From Leucoraja erinacea (taxonomy: Eukaryota): a stretch of 64,000 nucleotides of DNA. Position 1 is the first letter of the stretch. Every line of letters begins with the position of its first letter. A program made the position numbers and the translations under genes. Under the pieces are notes generated by a model, which made no database searches, was not told the origin of the DNA, and saw only the letters and a program-made list of their open reading frames with translations. Shown one piece after another: positions 1 through 11,838 of the stretch. The DNA is taken from contig NC_073400.1 in the NCBI RefSeq assembly GCF_028641065.1, forward strand, positions 32,736,001-32,800,000, in the 5' to 3' direction.

Positions 1-529
1 ACGTTATTCTACAAACAAACAAACGGCAGCTCAGCAGCTTCCGGCCATGTCTTTGTTTGGATAAGACACAAAAGGCTGGAGTAACTCAGTGGGACAGGGG
101 AGAAGGAATGGGTGACGTTTCTGGTCGAGACCCTGCTACAGATTGCATTTGTAATGTGCAGTCTTGTGCGTCTGCATTTGTGCCAGGACACTTTAGCCCT
201 TGTTATAAACAGGTTTTTTTAACGTGTATATGCAGCTTAGCCGGGCAACAAGACCACCTCGTGTAGGAAGGAACTGCAGATGCTGGTTTGAACCGTAGAC
301 ACATAGATGGTCTGAAGATGGGTCTCGACCCAAAACGTTTTTTTAACGTGTATATGCAGCTTAGCCAGGCAACAAGACCACCTCGTGTAGGAAGGAACTG
401 CAGATGCTGGTTGAAGCTGTGTGATGATTACATCACATGGCAGTGGTTTTACCAATGGAACCCATGTCACAACTGGAAGTGTAGGTACACGTGGCATTGA
501 AGCTGTGTTCAGTAACAGGATAGAATATG

Positions 530-820
530 GAACAGTGGCGCAGCGGGTAGAGCTGCTGCCTCACAGCACCACCGACCCGGGTTCCATCCTGACCACGTGT
601 GTTGGCTGCACCGAGTTTGTACATTCTCTCCGTGACCAGTGTCGGTTTTCTACAGGGGCTCCGGTTTCCTCCCACATTCCAAGGACGTGCAGGTTAATTG
701 GATTCTGTAAATTGTCCTTAGTGTGTAGGATAGAGATAATATACGGGTGATCATTGGTCGGCGCAGACAATGTGGGCCGAAGGGCCTTATTTTCACGCTG
801 TATCGCTAAACTAAACTCTA
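530..820 (+). mobile_element. tRNA-derived SINE (V-SINE/HE1-like)
   Basis: Pol III A box tggcgcagcgg and B box ggttccatcc, conserved body, (ctaaa)n tail. Confidence 0.75.
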
Positions 821-1790
821 CATTCAAACTAAAGACAGACACAAAATGCTGCACTAACTCCGCGGGTCAGGGAGCATTTCTGGAGAATGTGGATAGGTGA
901 CGTTTCACAACATTTTCTCCAGAAATGCTGCCTGACCTGCTGATTTATTTCGGAAATTTGTGGCTGTCTTTGGTATAAATCAGCGTCTTCAGTTCCTTTT
1001 CATTACAGTCAGACTAATATCTAAATGGAGTGAGATGCAGGTGAGCAAGCAGTCGACACAAAATGCTGGAGTAACTCAGCGGGACAGGCGGCATCTCTGG
1101 AGAGAAAGAATGGGTGACGTTTTGGGTCGAGACCTTTCTTCAGACCAGAAACATCCACCATTCCTTCTCTCCAGAGATGCTGCCTGACCCGCTGAGTTAC
1201 TCCTGCTTTTTATGTCTATCTTCGGTTTAAACCAGCATCTGCAGTTCCTTCCTAAGCATTTCACAGTGGATTTGGTACATGAAGGACAGGAAGCCGCCGT
1301 CTACCATAAGGTAAGGGTGACCTGGACTACAAGAGGGTGCAGTGTAAGGTTACAAAGATGGGACTAGCCTAGATGGGGCATCTTGGTCAGCGTGGATGAG
1401 AAGCTGGTGCACCTTGGGTTGCTCCCGCTCAGTTACTCCAGCTTTTTGTGTCTCCCTTGGGATTAAACCAGCACCTGCAGTTCCTTCCTACACATTTCCT
1501 GAGCAGGTAGAAGGTGGATCTAGGCATTCTTGTGCAGAAACAGCAACAGGTAGCAGGTGGTTAGAAAGACAAGTGGCATGTTAGTCTTTGTGGCACGAGA
1601 TTGGGGAATAGAAATAGAGGCAAAACAGGTGTAGCTGTTCAGGATTCAGTTTGTCACGGGGTGGGGACTGGAGGGGTTTGCTCTCTTATTTCTTATCTTG
1701 CACCTCCTCCATTACAATTCTCCACATGCTCAGCCCCTTGCGACAGACACTGTCTTACACTCACGATAGCGGGGCCAAGTCCTACTCTAA

Positions 1791-1970
1791 AGGGCCTGTC
1801 CCACTTACGCCATTTTTTCCGTCGACTTGCCGGCACCCGTCATAGTCGCAGCAGGTTGCTGAAAATGTTCAACATGTCGAAAATCCAGCGGCGAGCATAA
1901 AAAGGCACGACTACACACGACCATACAGGCATCAGTCACCCTGTGATGTCGCGTAAGTGGGACAGGCCCT
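1791..1970. mobile_element. PIF/Harbinger-type MITE
   Basis: Perfect 20-bp TIR AGGGCCTGTCCCACTTACGC, flanked by TAA on both sides. Confidence 0.85.
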
Positions 1971-2253
1971 TAACTCCGTTTACACCATTGCAGATGACAC
2001 CGCCCTGGTGGAGCCGAACCTTGTCCATAGCACCACGCGTTTACCAAATGCCAAGTCATGAGGAATAGGAGCAGAATTAGGCCATTCGGCCCATCGTGTC
2101 TACTCCAGCATTCGATCATGGCTGATCTATCTCTCCCTGCTAACACCGTTCTCTCCATAACCCCTGACATCTGACGAGATCAGAACTTTGTCACAAGATC
2201 AGAGCGAGGGTGACAGAGAGATGACAGGACGTGCAAGAGGACACGTTGGTTAC

Positions 2254-2379
2254 CCGTTTGGCATCGAAGAGGTGGTGTCGCCCGTCGATTCTCCACTGCT
2301 CTTTCTTCTCCTGTTCGATGGCATCGGCCAGGCCGGTTAGAGCGAGCTCCTTCACTTTCTGGGCCGTCTGGACCTTTTC
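2254..2379 (-). CDS. ATP5PB: ATP5PB exon 5 (EKVQTAQKVKELALTGLADAIEQEKKEQWRIDGRHHLFDAKR)
   Basis: caatag acceptor, CGG|gtaacc donor, 126 nt, phase 0/0, EKKEQWR...LFDAKR typical of subunit b; downstream exons not found in window. Confidence 0.94.
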
Positions 2380-2949
2380 CTATTGTTGTGATAAAAAAAA
2401 AAACATGCTAAAGTTCACAGCTAAATAATCCAGAAACGTGGGGCAGCGGCAGACACGCGTTCAATCCAGACTACGGGTGCTGTCTGTATGGAGTGTGTAC
2501 GTTCTCCCCAGCACCACGTGGGTTTCCTCCGGGTGCTCCGGTTTCCACCCACATTCCCAGGACATGTGGATTTGTATTGGCTCCTGTAAATTGTCCCGAG
2601 TGAGGATAGAACAGGTGTACGGGTGATCGCTGGCCGGCCTGGACTTGATGGGCTGAAGGGCCTGTTTCAACCCTGTATTTCCAAACTAAACCAATCATCT
2701 TTTGCAAAAGTTTATGCTTAGTCAGAATATCTCTTTGAAGACAATTTCCTTACTGGACATATCTCTATGTGGTGCATTTAACGAAAGCCACTGACTTGTT
2801 TTCCAATAGTCATTCTTGTCCCGCGGGTTCTCCCAACATTCCTTATACAGATGGCAACTCGCAGTGTGTTTTTGGACAGTTGATCAGGACACAAACGTGC
2901 AGGGACAGACAATTTTGGATTGGGTTACTTTGCTAAATCTCATAAATAC

Positions 2950-3113
2950 CTCATTCAACGAGTCAGCAAATTTCCCCACATCCTTCCCAAACTTCTTAAC
3001 ACCGTAAAGGATGACAATACCGATGGAGGCGGCAACAACGGTCTCGTGGTTGACGATGTAAATCTCCTTTGACAGGAGGTAAGTCAGCAGCCCGGTGCCG
3101 AACATGTACGGGC
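2950..3113 (-). CDS. ATP5PB: ATP5PB exon 4 (GPYMFGTGLLTYLLSKEIYIVNHETVVAASIGIVILYGVKKFGKDVGKFADSLNE, membrane segments)
   Basis: Within ORF 2884..3135; ttccag acceptor, GAG|gtattt donor, 164 nt; GPY...SKEIY motif. Confidence 0.96.
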
Positions 3114-3239
3114 CTGGAATGCAAAGCAAATGCAAACTATTCAGGTGAGTTCATTGTCAAGTGTATCGAGCTACAGTGAAAAGCGTGTGTGGCGTGCTAT
3201 CTCGGCAGCAGAAAGGTTGGAGCATGATTACAATCGAGA

Positions 3240-3790
3240 GTAGACAAAAATGCTGGAGAAACTCAGCGGGTGAGGCAGCATCTATGGAGCGATGGAAAAG
3301 GTGATGTTTCGGGTCGAGACTCTTCCTCAGACTGATACGGGGGTGGAGGGGGGCTGAAAGAAGAAAGGAAGAGGCGGAGACAGTGGGCTGTGGGAGAGCT
3401 GGGAAGGGGGAAGAGAAGGAGGGAGAAAGCAAGGGCTACCTGAAATGAAAGGACTACCTGAACTCACTGTGGTGGATGTTAATTTGTGTTTATTGTGTGT
3501 TTTGTCATTTTTACTATATGTAGAACTGCAAGGCAACTAAATTTCTTTCAGACCGCAAGGTCTGAATGACAATAACGGCTATTTGTTACTTGTTACTTGT
3601 TTGAGGTCAATGTTCATACCGCTGGGGTGTAAACTACCCAAGCGAAATATGAGGTGCTGCTCCTCCAATTTACGATGGGCCTCACTCTGGCCATGGAGGA
3701 GGCCCAGGACAGAAAGGTCGGATTCAGAATGGAGGGGAGTTGAAGTGCTGGGGCACCGGGATATTAGGTTGGTTGTTGCGAACTGAGCGG
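3240..3790 (-). mobile_element. Penelope-like element 3' fragment (GIY-YIG remnant plus terminal repeat) in ATP5PB intron 3
   Basis: ORF 3579..3833 DLSVLGLLHGQSEAHRKLEEQHLIFRLGSLHPSGMN; degenerate hammerhead motif at about 3303-3330. Confidence 0.8.
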
Positions 3791-4825
3791 AGGAATATTC
3801 ACCGTGTATAGACACATGATAAGGGAATAACATCTAGAGCAAGGTAAAGCCAGCAAAGTCTGATCACCTTAGTCTGAGGGTCACCAAAGAGATAGAGACA
3901 GTAGTTCAGGACTGCTCTCAGACCCCTGCTTTGAACCTGGAAACATTATTGTTGCTGCAGGTGCAGGCATTAAGTCCAAAGTGTATTTAAATAAAAGTGC
4001 CAGTCGACACTGACAAACTTTGGGGTTATTTTTACAAACAACACTTGTAATAAATGACACTTTACAGTTTTGAAAAAAATCCTCAGATGGCCCAACATCA
4101 AAATATATTGGCCATACTCACACATCAGCAAGGTAAGCAAAGGCAGGTACGGCAGGAAGGCTCACGGCATGTTGGCCTTCGATGGAAGAGGATTTGAGTT
4201 TAGGAGCAAGGAGGTCCTACTGCAGTTGTACAGGGCCCTGGTGAGACTGCAACTGGAGTATTGTGTGCAGTTTTGGTCTCCTAATTTGTAGGACATTATT
4301 GCTATTGAGGGAGTACAGAGAAGGTTCACCAAGTTAATTCCCAGGATGGCAGGACTGACATATGATGAAATAATGGGTCAACAACTGGGCTTGTATTCAC
4401 TGGAATTTAGAAGTATGAGAGGGGATCTTATAGAAACACATAAAATTCTTAAAGGATTGGACAAAATGCTGGAGTAACTCAGCGGGTGAGGCAGCATCTC
4501 TGGAGTGAAGGAATGGGAAAAGTTTCGAGTCGAGATCCTTCTTCAGACAAATATACAAATACAAATGTATTCTCTGCATATATTATTCGAGTCATTTCTA
4601 CAAAGCCAATAGTTTGCATTCCTTCTCTCCAGAGATGCTGCCTGCCCCACAAAGTTACCCCCAGCTTGTTGTGTCTATTTTCAGTTTAAACCCACATCTG
4701 CAGTTCCTCCCTACACTATTACATTAGAAGTCTGCATGCATCGTCCACAGAATGAATAAAGCAACTTTGGAAGCAGGGGAACAGACCAAACACCAATCAA
4801 GTTTGCAGCGCTATTCGGCACTGAC

Positions 4826-4971
4826 CTGTCACTCCAGTTTTGGGGTAAAGGAATTGGAAGAATTCCTCTGGAATGAGACCAAAGCGGACCTTGCCTCCTT
4901 CCTCGGGAAGAGGGGGCAACGGTGCCCGGCTCTGACTGCTGCCATGGAAACTCTTGCTTATCGCCACAAAA
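4826..4971 (-). CDS. ATP5PB: ATP5PB exon 3 (FVAISKSFHGSSQSRAPLPPLPEEGGKVRFGLIPEEFFQFLYPKTGVT)
   Basis: Contains the conserved GGKVRxGLIPEEFFQFLYPKTGVTG motif of subunit b; ttgcag acceptor, G|gtcagt donor, 146 nt. Confidence 0.96.
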
Positions 4972-5167
4972 CTGCAACAATAAAGAGAGCAGATTTCATT
5001 GTGAAGTTAGCAAATTGCTGCAGCATAAGATACGGTTTTGAGGTGTATAAAATAATGAAAGGAATAGATCGGGTAGATGCACAGGGTCGCTTTCCCAGAG
5101 TAGATCAATCGAGGACCAGAGGACTTAAGTTTAAAGTGAGGGAGAAAAGATTTAATAGGAATCTGAG

Positions 5168-5383
5168 ATAGACAAAAATTCTGGAGAAACTCAGCGGGGG
5201 AGGCAGCATCTATGGAGTGAAGGAATAGGCGACGTTTCTGGTCCAAGGGTCAAAGACCCGGAAGGGTCTCGACCCGAAACATCACCTATTCCGTCGCCCC
5301 ATAGATGCTGCCTCACCTGCTGAGTTTCTCCAGCATTTTTGTCTACCTTCGATTTTTCCAGCATCTGCAGTTCCTTCTTAAAC
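5168..5383. mobile_element. Fold-back Penelope-derived mini-element inserted in a CR1 fragment
   Basis: Inverted terminal-repeat arms; 13-bp direct repeat ataggaatctgag at 5155-5167 and 5384-5396. Confidence 0.75.
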
Positions 5384-5842
5384 ATAGGAATCTGAGGGGT
5401 AACTTTTTCACACAAAGGGTGGTGGGTGTATGGAACAAGCTGCCGGAGGAAGTAGTTGAGGCTGGGACTAGTTTAAGAAATCGTTAGACAGGTACATGGA
5501 TAGGACAGGTTTGGAGGGATATGGACCAAACACAGGCAGATGGGACTAGTGTAGCTGAGACATGTTGGCTGGCGTGGGCAAGTGGGCCGAAGGGCCTGTT
5601 TCCACGCTGTGTCATTCTGACATTTATTTTACAACATTATAATTGTATTCCTACTTCAAGAACAAAGAATCATCCTCAATATTTGATCTTTATTTCAAAT
5701 TATTGACGTAAAAGAGACCAATGGCAAAAATATCTTTGAAAATGTGGAAACTAAAACAATGAAATAGAAAATACATAAAATTAGTTTAGGGAACAAATTA
5801 TTCCAAACACAGATGAGGGGCTGAGGCAGAGGTTTCACCTAC

Positions 5843-5879
5843 CTTGTGCTGATCGGGGCCGATGTCTTCAGAAAAGACC
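5843..5879 (-). CDS. ATP5PB: ATP5PB exon 2 (GSFLKTSAPIST)
   Basis: ttttcag acceptor and AG|gtaggt donor, 37 nt, phases 1/2 fit exons 1 and 3. Confidence 0.82.
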
Positions 5880-6064
5880 CTGAAAACAAACCAGACATAA
5901 ATTCTTAATTCTTAAATAAATGAGTTAGTAAAACCCACTAAGATTTGTTGTAATGGTTCAACGGGAGGGTAGCTACAAGGAGATAAATGCGAATGGTTGT
6001 TTCTTAATTCCTATGTGGGTGATTTGGGCCGTTCCACACCGCATGTGTGGGTGATTTAGGCTGT

Positions 6065-6350
6065 CAGGTAGTAGAGCTGCTGCCTCACCACACCAGAGAC
6101 CTGGGTTCAATCCTGACCTTGTGTGCTGTCTGTATGGACTTGGCACGTTCTCCCCGTGACCGCGTGGGTTTTCTCCGGGTGTTCCGGATTCCTCCCACAC
6201 TCCAAAGACGTACAGGTTTGTAGGATATTGGCTTTGGTAAAATTGTAAATTGTCCCGTGTGTAGGATAGTGTTAGTGTGCGGGGATCGCTGGTCGACATG
6301 GGCTCAGTGGGCCGAAGGGCTTGTTTCCATGGTGTATCTCTAAACTAAAT
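6065..6350 (+). mobile_element. tRNA-derived SINE (V-SINE/HE1-like)
   Basis: B box ggttcaatcc, same body and tail. Confidence 0.75.
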
Positions 6351-8189
6351 AAATACTTTTAGTCCATGTGTAAAATGAAGCCGTTCCTGACCCAGAGATT
6401 TCTCCGAGGTTTCACTGCAGAGAAGATGCTCTTCAGAAACCTCCCTCCCACTTCAAGTAAGCATTAATCTTAACCAACAGCCTTATAACAGATCTAGTCT
6501 CAATATAGCCGTGCTTTAATCACAGTATTGTGTGTGACCCCAGCATCCTTCATTATGTTTCTCACTGGTGCGCTGCATCTACTGATAGTTTCTCGCTGAA
6601 GTGGAACCAATCTACAAGACAAATAGGGAACTGTTCCAGCTTCACCACCTCTACTCTATGACCAAGGGCATCCCGTTATCAGTTGTCGTGGACCCTGGGA
6701 TGTGCAGGTAATCCTGGTGCACGTGTGGGGAGTGAACTCCAACTTAATGTTCATTCCTTAACTGAACGGAATGTGAACGCACCCAATCATTAACTTCCAC
6801 AAGCCATGTGTAGGAAGGAACTGCAGATGCTGGTTTAAACCAGCGATAGAAACACAAAGTTGGAGTAACTCAGCGGGACAGGCAGCATCTTTGGAGAGAA
6901 GGAATGGGTGATGTTTCGGGTTGTCACCCATTCCTTCTTTCCTGAGATGCTGCCTGTCCTGCTGAGTTACTCTAGCATTCTGTGTTTTCCACAAGCTACG
7001 TTTCCCAAAGTACAACACATACCAATATTGACACCGCATTTGTTTCTAGCTCCCTATTTTAATTCTGGGATGCCACATCTCAATCCTTCAGATAGAAGAT
7101 ATCCCAGCAGATGTATAGATAGTTTCTGAAAAATTGTAATCATTATTTGTGTGCTGTAATCAGAAACTAACTTTCCCCCTTTATTACTGAGAGAACATAG
7201 CTGGTACAGACCCTTCGGCCCACAATGTCCATGCCAAACAAGATGCCAAGACGAACTCTTATCTGCCTGCATACTATCCATATCCCTTCATTCCTTTCAT
7301 TTCTAAAATCCATTTAAACACCACTGTTGGTCTGCCTCCTCCACCACCACATTCTGTGTGAAACCATACCGTTAAACTTTGCCGCTCTCACCTCAAAGCT
7401 GTGCCCTCTAGTCTTCGACATTTCCACCCTGGGGAAACGCTCCATCTATCCTACCTCTGTCCCCTTTTGCATGTCTATCTAACGTCCAATGTTAGCCTTG
7501 TTCTGAATAAAGGTTGTTGACCCGACATTGATCCTCTCTCCGCAAACGCTGCTGAGTACTTCCAACATTTCTGTGTGTGTTACGAGTNNNNNNNNNNNNN
7601 NNNNNNNNNNNNNNNNNNNNNNNNNNNNNNNNNNNNNNNNNNNNNNNNNNNNNNNNNNNNNNNNNNNNNNNNNNNNNNNNNNNNNNNNNNNNNNNNNNNN
7701 NNNNNNNNNNNNNNNNNNNNNNNNNNNNNNNNNNNNNNNNNNNNNNNNNNNNNNNNNNNNNNNNNNNNNNNNNNNNNNNNNNNNNNNNNNNNNNNNNNNN
7801 NNNNNNNNNNNNNNNNNNNNNNNNNNNNNNNNNNNNNNNNNNNNNNNNNNNNNNNNNNNNNNNNNNNNNNNNNNTTCTTGCAGTACTTCCAGCATTTCCG
7901 TGTGTGTGTTTTTTAGTGCAAATTTCCAGCCGTTCCCCACCCACCCCCACGGGTTTACATTGCCGGCTCCTGTCAGCTTCCAGTGAATAACCGGGCTGAG
8001 GGCTTCAAGGTCGAGACCCCGACCCCGACCTCCCCTCGCCTCGCCCCGGCCCGGTCCCTCCCTCCCTCCCTCGGACCCCAGTTCACTCCCCGGCCTCGGT
8101 TCCTTCACTCAAGGCCCCGCGCTCGCTTCCCACCCGAGGGCCCGGTTCCCTCCACCGGCTCGAACCCTGGCCCCGGTCGGGACCCTTAC

Positions 8190-8217
8190 CGGAGGCGATG
8201 GCGGCGCGGGCCAACAT
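8190..8217 (-). CDS. ATP5PB: ATP synthase peripheral stalk subunit b, exon 1 (MLARAAIAS, start of mitochondrial presequence)
   Basis: ACC-ATG at 8217-8215, 28 nt, G|gtaagg donor; phase 1 joins exon 2; lies in GC-rich promoter region head-to-head with WDR77. Confidence 0.88.
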
Positions 8218-8544
8218 GGTGTGGTGTGTGTGTGTGTGTGTGTGGAGGAGCTGATGCCGGTGCCTGGGGCGGAGCGGGGTGTGCCGGTGTCCCGCTCTAT
8301 CTCTCTCCTCCCGCCGACCTCCAAACCAACCAAGATGGCGGCGCCGGGTCGGGAGGGGGCGGGGAGCGGGTGACGCGGTGACGTGATGACGCGGTGACGC
8401 CGGGTCGGGGCGGGCTGGAACTGGGGGCGGGGTCAGGGTGACGCGATGACGTGATGACGCGATGACGCCGGGTCGGGGCGGGCTGGGACTGGAGGCGGGG
8501 TGAGGGTCAGTGATGACGCGGTGACGCAGCGACGCAGCGGCAAG
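8218..8544. promoter_or_regulatory. Bidirectional GC/CpG-rich promoter and 5' UTRs shared by ATP5PB and WDR77
   Basis: 327 bp between divergent ATGs; GGGCGG boxes, about ten TGACG (CRE half-site) motifs, YY1-like AAGATGGCGGC at 8332-8342 and 8542-8552. Confidence 0.85.
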
Positions 8545-8611
8545 ATGGCGGCGATGGAGGAGGCGGTGGCGGCGCTCGAGCTGCAGCTGGAGGCAGCGCG
8601 GTACCGGGCCG
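8545..8611 (+). CDS. WDR77: WD repeat protein 77 / MEP50 exon 1 (MAAMEEAVAALELQLEAARYRA)
   Basis: AAGATGG Kozak-like start; QLEAARYR motif of MEP50; G|gtgtgg donor, phase 1. Confidence 0.88.
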
Positions 8612-9639
8612 GTGTGGGGGGGGGACACGACACACGGACACGGTGGGGGGACACGAGGGGGGTGTGAGGGGAGAGACGGGGACCGCTGAGGGAGGGGGGA
8701 AGACTTAGACACAGACGGAGACAGACAGAGAGAGACACGAGGGGGAGAGGGGGGGACGGTTGAGGGAGAGGGGGGGATATGAGGGGGGGGGGGAGACACA
8801 GACAGGGAGAGGGAGACACGAGGGGGGGACGGGAACCGCTGAGGAAGGGGAGAAATGGAGGGGGGGGGGAAGGGTACAAGACATATGTTCGTTCTTCCCC
8901 CCGCACAATTAAAGCATGGAATAATCAATCTCCACCCTACTATAGTTACCCAACCAGATGCAACTACATTTAAAGTAGCTCTTTCTTCCCAATAACCCTT
9001 TCTGGCTTCAGTCCTCCCTCCCCAACCTCCAGTTTAAATTCCATTTGGAATATTTTGGAGGACCAAGAACCGGCCCGGCGAGGGAAACGTGGGGTTGAGG
9101 GTGGAGATAGAGGGGAGGGAGGGAGAGAGGGTGAGGGGGATCTCAGAGAGAGTGTGTGTGTATTGAGGGGGAATAGGGAATCTGGAGTGGGAGGTTGGGA
9201 GTGGGGATCTGGGAGAGACTAGGGGAGTTTGGGGTAGAGAAGGGAGGGCGAGAGTGGAGCAGGAGAGGATCACTAGCATCTTGAACATTGCCTTCATAGA
9301 GCAGCAAGTATTTGGGACAAGAAGACTTAGTCCTCATTGTTTTGTCGTTGCAACTCTCACGTGGTTTATTCTGCTCAACTTCACAGAAATGTTTCATCTT
9401 TCACCGTTGAGAAGATTAGATTTATTTTCACCTTCACACACAATAGTCGGTTTTGAAAACAAGCAATGTGCATGAATTGTTCACTGCTCTTAACTTTTAT
9501 GAGCGTGCATGTAAATGTTTGTCTTTACAACGGTTAATATACTTTCATTATAAGTCTGTTGGTTTGTTGCGGTGCAGAGGTCGAGCTGGCAGTTTAGATT
9601 CCCGGCTGTAATCGTTTGTTTGTCTGATCATCGTTACAG

Positions 9640-9825
9640 ATGGAGCGATCTTGCTCGGAGCCTCAACGCTATCCGGGCGCAGTTGGTTAGGATCTATCTG
9701 GGTGTTCAAAGATCCGCTTAAAGCTCCAAATGAAAAGTTCTGTACGGTCAGTCTCCAGACTCAAGCAGGAGTGGTGGATGCATGCTGGGTCTCTGGCCGA
9801 GAAATCCTCGTCGCATCGGATTCAG
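9640..9825 (+). CDS. WDR77: WDR77 exon 2 ([35 protein letters not shown]...ILVASDS)
   Basis: ttacag acceptor, G|gtgagg donor, 186 nt; clear MEP50 sequence (ORF 9651..9836). Confidence 0.96.
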
Positions 9826-10539
9826 GTGAGGATTAATTTTAATATTCAGCACAGTAAACCCTCGTTTTCACTGACCTGTTTATAACAGACACCACCGCCA
9901 GCCCACACAGCTTCATTGGCCACCAACACTACCTGTATTGAGGTGCACACAAAGTACTGGGGTAACTCAGCGGGTCAGGCAGCATCTCCGGAGAAAAGGA
10001 TTAGGTGACGTTTTGGGTCGAGACCCATCTTCATACCGTGGAGTTTTGTACAAGCTTTGCTTTAATGTTTCAGGAGGAAAAAGGCACCTCTGTCAGTGCC
10101 ATTCTTCCTCAGCGTAAAATTGATTGGGTCCAACACATGAAATGCCGTATATATTACACTGGAATATAGTGGACAATTGACAATAACGGCACCATTTCCC
10201 CATCTCCCACGGTCCGTCATCATGAGGGGCTACTGTATATTTAAACTTCGTACAGGAGAGTTCCAATTCAATCAAACTGGTGCAGCCCTATGCTGATTTA
10301 TTTTGTTCTAGGATCGATACGGGTGCTGTCTGTACGCAGTTTGTACGTTCTCCCCGTGACCACATGGGTTTGTGGGTTAATTGGCCTGGTGTAGGTGTAA
10401 ATTGTCCCTAGTGTGTGTAGGATAGTGTTAGTGTGCGTGGATCGCTGGTCAGCGGGGACTGAAGGGCCTGTTTCTGTGCTGTATATCTAAACTAAACCAG
10501 AAGTGACATGTTGACTTGATTGTGTTGTTTCTGGTGCAG

Positions 10540-10681
10540 GTGCGGTCGAGCTGTGGGGGGTGGTGGAGAGTGAGGGTCAGATGGTGAACAAATTCTGTAA
10601 ATGTGAACACGACGACGTCGTTACTAAAGTCAGTGTTCTCTCGGGCGACACACAGGCCGTGAGCGGCAGCCTGGACTGCAG
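10540..10681 (+). CDS. WDR77: WDR77 exon 3 ([47 protein letters not shown])
   Basis: gtgcag acceptor, AG|gttggt donor, 142 nt; KFCKxEHDD motif. Confidence 0.96.
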
Positions 10682-11838
10682 GTTGGTACTATCTCCTTCG
10701 TCTGTCCGACCCTGCATCTCCCCGTTGTGTGTCTCACTGGTACAGGTGTCCACTCGTCACTCCTCTCTGTCCTGTGAAGAATGAATGCCTGTGTGCTCCC
10801 CACCATTCACCGATCCCAAGATCTTTCCCAATTTCCTGACCTGAAAACGCCTGCCTCTCTGCAATTCTGGCCACTTGTTGCCAGTCTGTGGAATTCTCTG
10901 CCTCAGAGGGCGGTGGAGGCAGGTTCTCTGGATGCTTTCAAGAGGGAGCTAGATAGGGCTCTTAAAGATAGCGGAGTCGGGGGATATGGGGAGAAGACAG
11001 GAACGGGGTACTGATTGGGGATGATCACATTGAATGGTGGTGCTGGCTCGAAGGGCCGAATGGCCTACTCCTGCACCTATTATCTATTGTTCACCTCCCA
11101 ATTGAACCGTTCCACTGTGGATGGCTGGGTTAGGTTTGTTCTCGCCACGTGTACTAATGCACAATGAGAAGCTTTGTTCTTTGCAACCCGATCAGATAAT
11201 ATTGTACATCAATACAATCAAGCCAAACATGTACAAAGGGCGGAGCGATGTGGAAGATACAGAGTGCCGTGCCATTAGCTGCAAAAACTCTTGTGAAGCT
11301 TCTTCCCTGAACCCTCCACCTTTCTCCTTTAACTTGCTCCATCAGCCTTCCTCTTTATTAATGGAACAGCTCAGCGTAGGAGCCCCCCGCCCCCCCCCCC
11401 ACAATGTCCGTGCTAAACTAATCACCTCTGCCTGCACGTGATCCAAATCCCTCCATTCCCTGCACGTCCACGTGTCTATCTAAAGCTCTCTTATACTCCA
11501 CTATCGTATCGACCTTTACCACCAGTGTTAGCCACCCACCACTCTTTGTGTAAAGACAGTACTAACTGCACACATCTGCTTTAAATGTGTTTGCACATGT
11601 CCTGCTTCGTATACATATCCTAATAATTAGTCCACGTGTGCATTCAGAAATTTGAAATGCCGTTTTTATTTTTCCATATAATGGATTGTAAAAGGCAAAT
11701 AATCTTAACAGTGAACCATGTGCAATTGCCCATCATTCACCCATTAATAATAGTATAGCTATGATCAACTGCTGAAAATAGTCTGAATTACCCAGGTTTT
11801 GGCTCGCTTTGTAATAACTCGGCACTTTGATTTGTTAG

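Noticed and set aside
530-600. tRNA gene
   Set aside because: tRNA-like A/B-box head continues into a SINE body repeated many times in the window
8335-8373. Upstream in-frame ATG as WDR77 start
   Set aside because: In-frame TGA at 8371-8373; at most a 12-codon uORF inside a YY1-like motif
8083-8928. 281-aa minus-strand ORF
   Set aside because: Low-complexity read-through of the GC-rich promoter; only its MLARAAIAS portion is ATP5PB exon 1
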